Source: Anaerolineaceae bacterium
Lineage (GTDB): Bacteria; Chloroflexota; Anaerolineae; Anaerolineales; Anaerolineaceae
Direction: 5' to 3'
Length of the DNA: 64,000 nucleotides
Assembly: GCA_020845515.1 (NCBI GenBank)
Contig: JADLFQ010000018.1
Coordinates: forward strand, 5,186 to 69,185
Of this stretch, positions 9,758-20,031 are shown piece by piece; position 1 is the stretch's first letter; each line of letters starts with the position of its first letter. The translations under genes were made by a program, and so were the position numbers. The notes beneath the pieces are model-generated. The model was not told the origin of the DNA and did no database searches. It saw only the letters and a list, made by a program, of their open reading frames with translations.

Positions 9758-10402
9758 CTATGCGAATAGACGACGTTCCAGAGCAAATTTTACGGCTTCG
9801 AGCCGGCTGGAAACCCCCAGCTTGGCGAGGATGTTACTGACGTGGGTCTTGATGGTGGAGCGGCTGACGCCCAGCGCGGCGGCGATTTCAGGGTTGTTTT
9901 GGCCTGCGACCATTAAATGCAAGACTTCAAGCTCCCGGTTGGTCAGCCCGGTGTTTGTTGGGGTGGTGGCTGAATGGATGAGCGCCTGTGCAGCTTCGGT
10001 AGAGAGCGTGGGGATGCCGGCCCAGGCTTTTCGAATGGCTTCTCCGAGTTCGTCAATGGAAACGTTTTTATGCAAATAGCTGGTGGCGCCAGCCTGCAGG
10101 GCGGCCTTCACCATCTGGTCGTCTTCGAAGCTGGTGATGGCGATGATGCGGATGTCGGGATATTTTTTTGTGATCATCCCGGCGGCCTCCACCCCGTTCA
10201 TCCTCGGCATGACCATGTCCATTAGGATGACGTCTGGTTTGAGCTGCCCGCACAAACTCAAAGCCTCAAACCCGTCTCTGGCTTCACCGATCAGTTCCAA
10301 GTCGTCGAAGGCTTGTAAAAACACGCTCAATCCCCGCCGCACCATGTCGTGGTCATCAACAAGAAGGACGCGGATGGTTTGCCGGCTGCGTGTTGGGCTC
10401 AT
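9758..10402 (-). CDS. NarL/LuxR-family response regulator (REC plus HTH)
   Basis: IRVLLVDDHDMVRRGL...DVILMDMVMP for the receiver domain, and a C-terminal LTNRELEVLHLMVAGQNNPEIAAALGVSRSTIKTHVSNIL for the HTH. Confidence 0.85.
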   Translation of the reverse strand: MSPTRSRQTIRVLLVDDHDMVRRGLSVFLQAFDDLELIGEARDGFEALSLCGQLKPDVILMDMVMPRMNGVEAAGMITKKYPDIRIIAITSFEDDQMVKAALQAGATSYLHKNVSIDELGEAIRKAWAGIPTLSTEAAQALIHSATTPTNTGLTNRELEVLHLMVAGQNNPEIAAALGVSRSTIKTHVSNILAKLGVSSRLEAVKFALERRLFA

Positions 10403-11910
10403 AATACGACCTGTGACTGCGGGTTCTCCCAGTGAAGACCAAGGGTCGTTCCTTCACCGAGCTGACTGTTGATCTCCAGGACTGCTCCGATGGCAGCAGC
10501 GCGTTCCTGCAGGATCTTCAACCCCAGCCGGTCCGGCGGTACGGCTTCGATGTCGAAGCCGCAACCGTTGTCGCGGATGAAAAGGGAGACCCTCTGCGGC
10601 TGATTATTGAAAGCGATCAAAACCCGACTGGCGCGGGCGTGTTTGACGATATTGTTGAGAGTCTCCTGGGCAATGCGGAAGAAGGCGGTCTGGACTTCGG
10701 CCGGGAGGGGGCGGCGCCCCTCCAGCTTGAGTTCCACTACAACCTGGGTGCGCCCGGCCAGACCGTCCGCCAATTGGCGGATGAGATCACCCAGGTCTGC
10801 GTTGATCAAAGCTTTGGGTCTGAGTTCCACCAGCAGGTTGCGCATCTCCGCCAGCGCGCCGCGCGTCAGTTTTTGCAACTCAACCAGGCCCTCTTTCACT
10901 GTTTCGGGGCTGCGGTTCCAGATGCGGGGCAAGGTCTCCGCCATGACGGTTGCCGAAAAAAGCGACTGGCTGACGGCGTCATGCATTTCACGCGCCAGAC
11001 GCTGGCGCTCTTTGAACGCGGCGAGTTCCTGTGCCTGCTCGTACAGCCGGGCGTTACGGATGGCGATAGATGCCTGGTTGGCAAAGGCTCGCAGCCGTTC
11101 GATCTGCGCGGGTTGGAAAAAATTGGGGGCGGCGCTCATCAGGTAGATGTAACCGATGAGCTGATCGTCGAAAACGATGGGCGCTCCGGCGATTGATCTC
11201 ACCCATTCCATGCCCTTTGCTTTCATCCAGAGGGGCAGGTCGTTTGTCCGGTGCATATCCTCCAGCGGGATCTGGGCAGACAAGAGGGGCTGGACCTCCC
11301 CTGTTCCTGGGCGTTTCTTGTGGCGCGCCACATGGGCGGTTTTCCGGTCCTCTCCGACCAGGAGAATGGCGGCGGCATCGTGCGGCACGACGCGTTCCAC
11401 GTTGGTCAGAATACGGTCGAGCACCTCGTTGATATCCAGTGTGCTGTTCAGGGTGGCGGCGGTGTCGGCCAAGGCCTCAGCCAGGGTGCGCTGCTCGTGT
11501 TCGGCAAATTCCGCCTGTTTGCGCGCGGTGATATCGGTGGAAATGCCACACACTGCGTAGGACTCTCCGGTGGCCCGCCGCAAGGGGAACAGGACGGTCA
11601 GCAGGGTGAAAGGCGGATGTCCCGGGCGGCAAAAGGTTTCTTCAAATTCCTGTACAGAGTCGGTTGCGACGACCACCTGGTCGTGTCCTTCAAAGATATC
11701 CGCAATTTCTTTCGGCAAGACTTCGTGGGGGGTTTTTCCTTGAATATCCTCGTTTTTGATGTTGAAGACAAGTTCGCTCATGCGGCTGGTGAGGATATAC
11801 CGGCTTTGCAGATCTTTGATGTAAATGAAGGCCGGGGTATGGTCGAGGATGCCCTGGAGCAGGATGTCGTTATCAAGGGGGTAGGCTGGGCGGCTGGCGG
11901 GTATGTTCAT
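10399..11910 (-). CDS. sensor histidine kinase (PAS-GAF-HisKA_3-HATPase_c)
   Basis: H-box REMHDAVSQSLFS, N/G boxes NNIVKHA and DNGCGF. 4-nt overlaps with both neighbours. Confidence 0.8.
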   Translation of the reverse strand: MNIPASRPAYPLDNDILLQGILDHTPAFIYIKDLQSRYILTSRMSELVFNIKNEDIQGKTPHEVLPKEIADIFEGHDQVVVATDSVQEFEETFCRPGHPPFTLLTVLFPLRRATGESYAVCGISTDITARKQAEFAEHEQRTLAEALADTAATLNSTLDINEVLDRILTNVERVVPHDAAAILLVGEDRKTAHVARHKKRPGTGEVQPLLSAQIPLEDMHRTNDLPLWMKAKGMEWVRSIAGAPIVFDDQLIGYIYLMSAAPNFFQPAQIERLRAFANQASIAIRNARLYEQAQELAAFKERQRLAREMHDAVSQSLFSATVMAETLPRIWNRSPETVKEGLVELQKLTRGALAEMRNLLVELRPKALINADLGDLIRQLADGLAGRTQVVVELKLEGRRPLPAEVQTAFFRIAQETLNNIVKHARASRVLIAFNNQPQRVSLFIRDNGCGFDIEAVPPDRLGLKILQERAAAIGAVLEINSQLGEGTTLGLHWENPQSQVVL

Positions 11911-12401
11911 GGCGACCTTTGTGAGGCGAGGCGGACGATTTTCCCGGTGGTGATTTTGTTCAGGTCTTCGCGCCCCAGGCGGAAGACGGCGCGCGGTGTG
12001 CCCGCGGCGGCCCAGATCTCCGGGTAGTTCAGCAGGTCTTCATCAATGAAGGTTTGCAGGGGCTGCGGGTGTCCGAGGGGCGGCACGCCGCCGATGACAA
12101 AGCCGGTGTGCTGGCGGACAAAATCAGGGCTGGCTTTTTCCACCGGCTCGCCGGCCAGTTCGCTCAGACGGGCTTCATCTGCCCGGTTGCTGCCGCTCAC
12201 CAGGACAAGCAGGGGCTTTCCGCTGTGGCCGCCTTTGAACACCAGCGACTTGACGATCTGTGCGATCTGGCAGCCGATGGCCTCGGCGGCTTCCGGCGCG
12301 GTGCGCGTGGAGGCGGGCAGTTCGACCACTTGCAGGGGCAACCCCAGCGCCGCAAGAGCGGCCTGTACTTTTTGTGCGTTTTCGCTGAGTTGTTCGGGCA
12401 T
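11907..12401 (-). CDS. YbaK/EbsC-family aminoacyl-tRNA deacylase
   Basis: IVKSLVFKG...PLLVLVSGSNRAD...FVIGGVPPLGH, a YbaK/ProRS-associated editing domain pattern. Confidence 0.75.
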   Translation of the reverse strand: MPEQLSENAQKVQAALAALGLPLQVVELPASTRTAPEAAEAIGCQIAQIVKSLVFKGGHSGKPLLVLVSGSNRADEARLSELAGEPVEKASPDFVRQHTGFVIGGVPPLGHPQPLQTFIDEDLLNYPEIWAAAGTPRAVFRLGREDLNKITTGKIVRLASQRSP

Positions 12402-12525
12402 GGGTTTCCTCCAAAAAAAAGGGGGGTGTGAGCTGTGGGGCGTTCCGCCGAGCGTGATATACTCCAGTTAAAGGGCGGGGCATCCGACCCTGTCAAGTAT
12501 ATTCGATAAATTACTGCTTACAGGC

Positions 12526-14178
12526 ATGAAATATACGCTTTCCTTTTTGTTCGCGGTTTTTATTGTCCTTGCGGCGGCGTTTTTGCCGCGCAGACAGCCG
12601 AACAGCACAAAGCCGCCGGCGCGCGGGCACAGCCGCCTTTATTTTGGGGCGCTGCTGCTTGCGTTTGCAGCCGGCGCGGCGGTGCGGCTTTTCCGCTTTG
12701 GGGCGCTGCCCGGCGGGATTTTTATTGATGAAGCCGTGATCGGCTATGACGCCTACGCGCTTTTGCATTATGGCATTGACCACAACGGTTTCAGCTATCC
12801 GGTGCACCTGGCTTCGTTCGGCAGCGGTCAGCACGCGCTCTATGCTTATCTTTCCATGCCTTTTATTGCTGTCCTCGGACTGAACGCGGTCTCGGTGCGG
12901 CTGGTGAACCTGGTCTTTGGATTGCTTTCGCTGGGGGTGTTTTATTTGCTGGTTCTGCGCACCGACGGGCGCAAGACCGCGCTGGCGGCTTTGTTTTTGC
13001 TGGCGGTCAACCCGTGGCATATCATGATCTCCCGCTGGGGGCTGGAATGCAACCTTTTTCCGGCGGTCTTTTTGCTGGCGACGTGGCTGCTGGTGCGTGC
13101 ACTGCAGGGGGAGCGCGGCGGCTGGGCGGCAATGCTGCTCTACGGGCTGTCGTTGTATGCCTATGGCACGGCATATTTTGTCGTACCGGTGTTTCTGCTG
13201 ATGCTGGCGGGCTGTCTGGGGCTGCACCGCCGCTTGAAGGTCAGGGCTGTGCTGGGGGGGGGTGCGATCCTGCTGGCGGCGGGGCTGCCGGTTGGTTTGT
13301 ATGTGATGGTCAATGCGCTGGGGTGGAACACCCTCCAAATCGGCGGCATCACCATCCCCCGGCTGCCGGCGGCGGCGCGCTTTACACAGGTGTTTTCACC
13401 TTTTTCGGGAGCGGGCTTATCCGCATCGCTGGCTGGAAACGCCGCCGCGCTGGCGCGCCTTTTGGCTTTTCAAACAGACGGCGATCTCTGGAACGCCATC
13501 CCCGGTTTTGGAAGCCTGTATCTCTTCGGCCTGCCGCTCGCGGCAGGGGGGTTGTGGGCGTGCCTGCAAGAGATGCGAACAGGGCGGGCTTTCCGGGTGA
13601 GGAGTGTCTTTCTGCTTTGGCTGGCTGCCGGTATTTTGCTGGCGCTGGCAATGCCGGTGAATATCAACCGTGCCAACATTCTTTTTCTGCCGCTGATTTA
13701 TCTGGCGGCGCGCGGGCTGATCTTTGTGTGGGACCGCTCCAAGCTTCTGGCCGGGGGGCTGGTTCTGCTCTGCCTGGTTTGGTTTGGGCTGTTTGTTAAC
13801 GCCTATTTTACCGTGTATCCACAGCAGATCGGGGCGGCATTTAACGAGTCGCTTGGGGAGGCGATTCGGGAGGCTTCTGACCATACGGACGGGACGGTGT
13901 ACATCACCAAAGAAGTGCACCTGCCGTACGCATACGTGTTGTTTTATGAACAGCCCCCGCCGTACGAATTTTTAAATACGGTGACGTATGTGGACGCGGA
14001 AGCGGAGTTTCGCGATGCTGCCTCGTTTGGGCGCTACCGATTTGCTGCTGCGGTGGATATGCCGCGGGGGGCCGGGGCGTATGTGATCGGGAAGCGCGAG
14101 GCGGTGCAGTTTGATCTGGCGGGGGGGCGTGTGATCTCAACGCGGTTGTTTAACGTCCTGATTCCGGGGGCGGAATGA
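12526..14178 (+). CDS. glycosyltransferase family 39 (ArnT/PMT-like) membrane protein
   Basis: 550 aa with more than 10 TM segments, and FIDEAVIGYDAYALL in the first loop. It ends with TGA. Confidence 0.7.
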   Translation: MKYTLSFLFAVFIVLAAAFLPRRQPNSTKPPARGHSRLYFGALLLAFAAGAAVRLFRFGALPGGIFIDEAVIGYDAYALLHYGIDHNGFSYPVHLASFGSGQHALYAYLSMPFIAVLGLNAVSVRLVNLVFGLLSLGVFYLLVLRTDGRKTALAALFLLAVNPWHIMISRWGLECNLFPAVFLLATWLLVRALQGERGGWAAMLLYGLSLYAYGTAYFVVPVFLLMLAGCLGLHRRLKVRAVLGGGAILLAAGLPVGLYVMVNALGWNTLQIGGITIPRLPAAARFTQVFSPFSGAGLSASLAGNAAALARLLAFQTDGDLWNAIPGFGSLYLFGLPLAAGGLWACLQEMRTGRAFRVRSVFLLWLAAGILLALAMPVNINRANILFLPLIYLAARGLIFVWDRSKLLAGGLVLLCLVWFGLFVNAYFTVYPQQIGAAFNESLGEAIREASDHTDGTVYITKEVHLPYAYVLFYEQPPPYEFLNTVTYVDAEAEFRDAASFGRYRFAAAVDMPRGAGAYVIGKREAVQFDLAGGRVISTRLFNVLIPGAE

Positions 14179-14278
14179 AGAAAATCTTGTATCCTGCAAG
14201 GTTCTCCGGCCTGGCGGCGGAGAAAACGGGAGAAAGGAAAATTGTGATGACAATTAGAAAAGCAAACAAGCTTGAGAT

Positions 14279-15025
14279 ATGTTTTCCGGCGTAAACCTCT
14301 TTGCTTTTTATACCGGGCTGGGTGCGGTCATTGGCGTCTGGCAGGTGGCGCGCCGCGCGCCGCAGCAGGAGCTGGCGCGCTGGATCGGCGCGGCCTGGGC
14401 GGTTTTGCTGGGCTGTTTGCTGGGATCCCGGGCTGGTTTTGTCTTCTTTCATCTGACGTATTACCGCAACCATGCTGCCGAGGCCTTTCAGCTTTGGAGG
14501 GGCGGGCTGGATTGGCCCGGCGCGCTGTTGGGAGGGCTGGCGGCTTTCGCGGTTGTCTGGCGGCTGTGGCGCGCTCCGCCGGGGCGGCTGGCTGATGGGC
14601 TGGCGCCGCTGGTGCTGCCACTGGCGGCGGGGGTGTGGCTGGGCTGCTGGGAAGCGGGCTGCGCTTACGGCGGGGTACAGCAGGGGGGCCTTGGGCTTGC
14701 CGTTGTGGATGAGACCGGGCTGGTTCTCAGGCGGTTTCCTTTGCAGGCGCTGGCTGTGCTGGCGCTGATTGTACTGGCGGCATGGCTGGATGTGCGGCCT
14801 TTCAAATCCATTCCGCCGGGCCGGTATGCCAGCCGGGTGATGCCGGGGCTGGGCGCGGTGATGCTGGCGGCCGAGTTTCTGCGCGCTGACCCAGCACCGC
14901 ACTGGGCCGGGCTGCGCCCCGGCGCCTGGGCTGCGCTGGTGCTGATTGCTGTACCGCTGGCAGCTATCTGGAAATTCCGGTTGTATGGCGGCCACCTGAG
15001 CGGAGATGAGGTTACTTGGCGGTAA
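14279..15025 (+). CDS. prolipoprotein diacylglyceryl transferase (Lgt)-like membrane protein
   Basis: Multi-TM protein. The W.GGLDWPGALLGG segment resembles the Lgt signature. The family call is tentative. Confidence 0.5.
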   Translation: MFSGVNLFAFYTGLGAVIGVWQVARRAPQQELARWIGAAWAVLLGCLLGSRAGFVFFHLTYYRNHAAEAFQLWRGGLDWPGALLGGLAAFAVVWRLWRAPPGRLADGLAPLVLPLAAGVWLGCWEAGCAYGGVQQGGLGLAVVDETGLVLRRFPLQALAVLALIVLAAWLDVRPFKSIPPGRYASRVMPGLGAVMLAAEFLRADPAPHWAGLRPGAWAALVLIAVPLAAIWKFRLYGGHLSGDEVTWR

Positions 15026-15674
15026 AAGGCTCCGCCTGGCTGTAATTCTCGCAGCGCCCGGTTCTGTGGACAAATTCGCACACGCGGAAGAAGTAATTAT
15101 CCGGCTGGGTGACGTCCACCACCGCGGAGCGCAATTTGCCGTTGCCGAAATAGACCCAATAGTCATCCGGGTAGGCTGGTTCGGGGTTGCTCTTTGACCA
15201 GACGACGGTGAAACCGCCGGGGAAGCTGCCCTGGCACTCCCAATTGACTTTGACTTTGCCGTCTCCCAAGTATTCCAGGCTGGTGATAGTGATCGGGCCG
15301 CTGGGGATGATGGTTTCAAGGGTGTTGGTGATTGAAGGGCGCGGCTGTGCGGTGGAGGCGGCAGCCGGGACGGGGGTGAGCGGTGTGGTTGTCTGCGCCG
15401 GGGTGGCGGTGGCTGCGGGGGGCAGGGCGGTCAGCGTCTGGACGACGGAGGTTCCTACGCGTGCTTCCACCTGGGTGGCGAGCAGTTCTGCGGTCAGCGT
15501 GGCGGCCTGGGTTTGAACGATGGCCGTCTGGATGCGGTCTTCTTCGAGCACGGCGGGGGTTTTGAGCATGTCCGCAGCCTGCGTTTGAGCGATGGCGGTC
15601 TGTACGGCTTCCGGTGCGGGAGCGCAGCCGGCAAGCAAAATAACAATGGTCAGGAGTAACAGGCGTTTTTTCAT
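15012..15674 (-). CDS. lipoprotein of unknown function
   Basis: MKKRLLLLTIVILLAGC lipobox, then repeated AIAQTQAA/AIVQTQAA segments and a beta-rich C-terminal domain. Confidence 0.6.
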   Translation of the reverse strand: MKKRLLLLTIVILLAGCAPAPEAVQTAIAQTQAADMLKTPAVLEEDRIQTAIVQTQAATLTAELLATQVEARVGTSVVQTLTALPPAATATPAQTTTPLTPVPAAASTAQPRPSITNTLETIIPSGPITITSLEYLGDGKVKVNWECQGSFPGGFTVVWSKSNPEPAYPDDYWVYFGNGKLRSAVVDVTQPDNYFFRVCEFVHRTGRCENYSQAEPFTAK

Positions 15675-15815
15675 TTTTTACCTCGAACCCGTGAGGGGTT
15701 TTCACCCATTATACCCATTGTTGGCGGGGCGGGAGGGGCCGCGCGAGCCTGGCGGGTTTTGAAATTTTGGGAATATAATATTAGTTACAAGCGGATGCTG
15801 GAAAGGAGGCAACCC

Positions 15816-16652
15816 ATGAGCAAAGACTTGACAACCGAACTGACAATTGACGCCGGACAGGTGCGCAGTACGCTGACCGGCTTCATCCGCAGTGAAATTG
15901 CCAGCGCGGGCTTTTCACATGCGGTGATCGGGCTTTCCGGCGGGATTGATTCGGTGCTGGCGTGTTATCTGGCTGCCGAAGCGCTGGGACCACAAAACGT
16001 CCTGGCGATCCGCATGCCGTACCGCGACTCTTCACAGGAATCGCTTGACCATGCTCAAATGACCATCGAAGCGACCGGCGTGCAAGCCATGACGGTGGAG
16101 ATCACTCCGATGGTGGAACCGCTTTTCCAGCTTTACCCTGATATCAGCGATCTGCGCAAGGGAAACATCATGGCGCGCCAGCGCATGATCATCCTGTACG
16201 ACCAGTCGGTGGTTTTTAACGGGCTGGTGGTTGGCACGGGTAATAAAACGGAAATTCTGCTGGGCTACGCCACGCTCTTCGGCGATTCGGCTTGTGCGTT
16301 TAACCCGATTGGTGATCTGTATAAGACGCAAGTGCGCCAGCTCGCGCGCGCGCTGGGTATTCCGGAGGTGATTGTTGGCAAGGCGCCAAGCGCCGACCTG
16401 TGGGCCGGGCAGACGGATGAAGGCGAACTGGGGTTTACGTATGCCGAGGTGGATAAGCTCTTGTTCCTGTTGGTGGACAAGCGCTACAGCCCGCAGCAGT
16501 GCATCGAAGCCGGTTTTGCGGAGCCGTTTGTGCACACTGTGATCCAACGCATCCGGCGCAGCCAGTTTAAGCGCACCCCGCCGCCGATTGGGAAGCTTAA
16601 CGGACCTGCCGCCGGTTATGGTTTTCCTGAGCTGCCGGATTGGGGGGCGTAA
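15816..16652 (+). CDS. nadE: NH3-dependent NAD+ synthetase
   Basis: SGGIDS PP-loop (GLSGGIDSVLACYLA). The ATG at 15816 is preceded by GGAAAGGAGG. Confidence 0.85.
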   Translation: MSKDLTTELTIDAGQVRSTLTGFIRSEIASAGFSHAVIGLSGGIDSVLACYLAAEALGPQNVLAIRMPYRDSSQESLDHAQMTIEATGVQAMTVEITPMVEPLFQLYPDISDLRKGNIMARQRMIILYDQSVVFNGLVVGTGNKTEILLGYATLFGDSACAFNPIGDLYKTQVRQLARALGIPEVIVGKAPSADLWAGQTDEGELGFTYAEVDKLLFLLVDKRYSPQQCIEAGFAEPFVHTVIQRIRRSQFKRTPPPIGKLNGPAAGYGFPELPDWGA

Positions 16653-16758
16653 CCGCCTGTAAAACATACCCCCTGCCGCGCCTGTGCTGTGAAGGGGTGC
16701 GGCGCCCAAGCCTTGTACGGCGCGGCTGTTTTTGATTCCTGCTGGAACCGCTTTCCCC

Positions 16759-18669
16759 TTAAACGTTTTCAGAACTGAAGAGCGCTTCCCATTCCTGAAG
16801 GTGGGCTTCCAACTCGCTCTGCAAGCCCATATATTCCTGTCCCAACTTCTGCACCCGTGCAGAGTCGGCGGGGGGATTTTCGAGCTGGCGCGTGACAGCG
16901 TTCAACCGGCTTTCCAGTGCGCTGATTTCCTGTTCCAGCGCATCCTGCCGCTGCTGGCGGCGGCGCTGCTCGTGTTTGCTCAGGCGTGTTGGGGCTGTCT
17001 CTTGCGAAGTTTTTAGTACGGCTGGCGGCGCGGCCGCCGGTTCAACGCGCGGCGACGCCTGTGATTGGAGGGATGCTTTGTACCCGCTGTAACTGCCTTC
17101 GAAGATACGCAATTCCGCCTCCACCGGCAGCACTTCCCAAATCTGACTCGCCAGTGCATCAATCAGATAGCGGTCGTGAGAGACGAGTAAGATGGTGCCA
17201 TTGAAGGATTGCAGGATGGCTTGCAAGGTTTCCTGTGAGGATAGGTCGAGGTGGTTGGTCGGCTCGTCCAGCAGCAACAAGTTGGCCCCCTGCAGCGCCA
17301 GACAAGCGAGCGCCAGCCGCCCGCGTTCGCCGCCGGAAAGCACCTCCACAGTTTTGAAGACGTCATCGCCGCTGAATAAAAAGCGTGCCAGGTAATCGCG
17401 TATCTGGTGCGGCAGCATGGCGGGCGCGGCAGCCTCGATTTCTTCCATGAGCGTCTTTTCGGGGTGCAGACCGTCGTGTGCCTGGGCAAAATAGCCGATT
17501 TTGAGGTTTGCGCCCAGTTCAACTTCGCCTGCAAACGGGGGGGTCTGCGCCAGGATGGTCTTGAGAAAGGTGGTTTTACCCGCGCCGTTGGGGCCAAGGA
17601 TGGCGGCACACTCACCGCGCTGAAAGACGATGTCCGGCGATTGAAACAAGGGCTTGCCCTCATCCGCGTAGCCTACACTCAGGCCGGTGGTGCGCAGCAC
17701 CAGATCGCCGGAACGCGCTTCTGTTTCCAGTTTGATGTGCAGCCGGCGGTGTGTGGAAGGCGGCGTCAGACGGGCTTCTTCCAGCATACGCTCCAACCGT
17801 TTGCGGCGACCCTGCGCCTGGCGGCTGTTCTGTCCGGCAATGTTGCGGCGGATGTATTCCTCTTCTTTTTCGATGAATTCCTGCTGCGCCTGAAATTCCT
17901 CCAGTTGCCGCTGGTAGCGCGCCCCGCGCTGCTGCATGTAGGCGCTGTAGTTCCCCCGGTAGGTCTCCAGTGCGGGCGTCATTTCCCAGATTGTGTCCAC
18001 CACCTGGTCGAGGAAATAGCGGTCATGCGAGACGATTACCGCCGCACCGGGCCACTCCCGCAGGAAGGCTTCCAGCCATTCGATGGCGGCGATATCGAGG
18101 TGATTGGTGGGTTCGTCCAACAGGAGGACATCCGGGTTTTGCAAGAGCAAGCGTGCCAGGGAGGCGCGCGTGCGCTGTCCGCCGGAAAGCTGGAGGACAG
18201 GCCGCCGGGTGTCCTCCGGGCTGAAACCCAGGCCGGTGAGCGTGCGGAGGATGTGTGTTTCAAAGGTATAGCCGCCCAAGTGTTCGAACTCGGCTTGCAA
18301 ATGACCGTAGGTTTCCAGCACATCGGTGCGCTTTTGTGGGTCGGCCATCCCGGCTTCGAGGCGCGCCAGTTCGCGCTGGCGGCTGCGCAGTGCGTCGAAC
18401 ACCGAGAGGCATTCCTCCCACAGGGTGTTGGCTGAGTGCAGGGAGGCTTCCTGGGGCAGGTATCCGATGGTTGTCCCTCTGGCGCGCCGCACCTGGCCGC
18501 TTGTGGGTTCTTCCAGCCCATACAAGATGCGCAGAAGTGTCGTTTTGCCGACGCCGTTTGGACCTACCAGACCGGCGCGTGCCCGTTTGGGGACGCTGAT
18601 TGAGATATCCGCGAAGATATCTTCTGCGCCAAAGGATTTGCTGAGACCTGTGGTGGAGAGGAGAGACAT
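16759..18669 (-). CDS. ABC-F family ATPase (no TM domains, Uup/EttA class)
   Basis: Two ABC cassettes (GPNGVGKTT and GPNGAGKTT, LSGGQRTR and LSGGERGR), an inter-domain linker and a C-terminal coiled coil. Confidence 0.85.
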   Translation of the reverse strand: MSLLSTTGLSKSFGAEDIFADISISVPKRARAGLVGPNGVGKTTLLRILYGLEEPTSGQVRRARGTTIGYLPQEASLHSANTLWEECLSVFDALRSRQRELARLEAGMADPQKRTDVLETYGHLQAEFEHLGGYTFETHILRTLTGLGFSPEDTRRPVLQLSGGQRTRASLARLLLQNPDVLLLDEPTNHLDIAAIEWLEAFLREWPGAAVIVSHDRYFLDQVVDTIWEMTPALETYRGNYSAYMQQRGARYQRQLEEFQAQQEFIEKEEEYIRRNIAGQNSRQAQGRRKRLERMLEEARLTPPSTHRRLHIKLETEARSGDLVLRTTGLSVGYADEGKPLFQSPDIVFQRGECAAILGPNGAGKTTFLKTILAQTPPFAGEVELGANLKIGYFAQAHDGLHPEKTLMEEIEAAAPAMLPHQIRDYLARFLFSGDDVFKTVEVLSGGERGRLALACLALQGANLLLLDEPTNHLDLSSQETLQAILQSFNGTILLVSHDRYLIDALASQIWEVLPVEAELRIFEGSYSGYKASLQSQASPRVEPAAAPPAVLKTSQETAPTRLSKHEQRRRQQRQDALEQEISALESRLNAVTRQLENPPADSARVQKLGQEYMGLQSELEAHLQEWEALFSSENV

Positions 18670-18780
18670 GGCGGATTTTTTCCTGTTGCGCGCAAGTATA
18701 ACATAGCGCCGGATGGCGATGCCGGCTTCCGGGACCGGCTTCCGGGAGCTGCGGGTAAAAAAGGTTGTAATAAGGCGGGC

Positions 18781-19227
18781 TTAGGGAAAGGCGCGGCGGT
18801 CGTACCAGCCGCAGCAGACACCGGTGCGATGGTCGAAGTCCGGGATATAGGGCTTGATATCGAGCAGAGGGGTGCCGTCCAGCACATCCACTCCGGCGAT
18901 CTCCAATGTGTGCCCGCGCCGGGCGGTTAGCCCGACGACCGAAAAGCCGAGCGGGTTGGGGCGGCAGGGGTAACGCGTGGTGAACAAACCGCGCTTCTGG
19001 TCATCCAGAAAGGGCTGCACCATCAACTTGTATTCCTCGGAGCGGTGGAAGACGTAGAGCAAGATCAGGTGCGAAAATTCTTCGATCCCTTCCAAGCCTG
19101 CGGTGTATTCCGGGAAAACCTCAACGCTCCCCCGGGCGTTTGAGCGGATGGCCTGGATTGGCGTTTCGGTTTTCTCCTGAAAAGGAGAATGGATCACGCC
19201 GATGGGGGTGAAGGTAAAGGGGGTCAT
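18781..19227 (-). CDS. trmO: tRNA (t6A37-N6)-methyltransferase TrmO (YaeB/TsaA-like)
   Basis: IGVIHSPF...RPNPLG...GTPLLDIKPY motifs. Confidence 0.75.
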   Translation of the reverse strand: MTPFTFTPIGVIHSPFQEKTETPIQAIRSNARGSVEVFPEYTAGLEGIEEFSHLILLYVFHRSEEYKLMVQPFLDDQKRGLFTTRYPCRPNPLGFSVVGLTARRGHTLEIAGVDVLDGTPLLDIKPYIPDFDHRTGVCCGWYDRRAFP

Positions 19228-19242
19228 GACCCTCCCGAACCG

Positions 19243-19869
19243 CTATGCGGATGAGTAGCCGAAGTGCCGGCCGCCGAAAGTCTCCCGTTTTTGCGCCGGG
19301 GTCATCACCAGCAAGAGTTGGGTAAGCCCGTCGTGTGCGTTTTCCCAGGAGTGCTGTAAATGCGCCTCGAAGATGAGGCTGTCGCCCACTTCCAGTTGGT
19401 AGGTTTCGTTTTCGACGGTGTACAGGACGCTTCCTTTCAGGCAGTAGACGAATTCAATGCCTGTATGCACAATTGGAGCGGGGCCGCTGCCTGCGCCGGG
19501 CTGCAAGGTGATGAGAAAAGGCTGGAATTCTTCCTCGCTCAACTCTTTATTTAAGTTGATCAGCGAGGTGCCGTTGATGTCTGTTGTTTTTTGCTGCGAC
19601 ACGGGCAAAAAGGAGATGGGCTTCTTCTCTGTTGGCGATTCAAAGAAGGCGATAATTGGCACGCTCAGAGCGCCTGCCAGGCGCTGCAGGGTGCTGACCG
19701 AAGGGGAGCTTTTCTCTTTCTCGATCAGCGAAAGCGTGTTGATGTTAAGCCCGCTCCGTTCTGCCAGGATGCGCAAGGAATAGCCGCGCTGGTGGCGCAA
19801 GCTGCGAATGCGATCTCCGACGCTTGCCTGGGCGGCCGGTTCATTTGAGGATATTTTATTTGTAGGCAA
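19243..19869 (-). CDS. XRE-family HTH plus cupin-domain transcriptional regulator
   Basis: VGDRIRSLRHQRGYSLRILAERSGLNINTLSLIEKEK is the HTH, and the cupin domain is C-terminal. The start is uncertain: I chose the TTG at 19869 preceded by GGAG, while the track extends to 20016. Confidence 0.6.
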   Translation of the reverse strand: MPTNKISSNEPAAQASVGDRIRSLRHQRGYSLRILAERSGLNINTLSLIEKEKSSPSVSTLQRLAGALSVPIIAFFESPTEKKPISFLPVSQQKTTDINGTSLINLNKELSEEEFQPFLITLQPGAGSGPAPIVHTGIEFVYCLKGSVLYTVENETYQLEVGDSLIFEAHLQHSWENAHDGLTQLLLVMTPAQKRETFGGRHFGYSSA

Positions 19870-20031
19870 TTTCCCGCTCCGTTCTTTTTTTGTGCATGGG
19901 AGGATTACCGCCTGCCAACCGATAATGGGTGCAGGGGGCGTCCCCGCCAAGCGCACTGCCTCAATAGAAAAAAACGGCAGGCAGCACTTAAAGAGGGCGG
20001 CCCCCATACGAGCCAACTTATGCGCAGTTGG

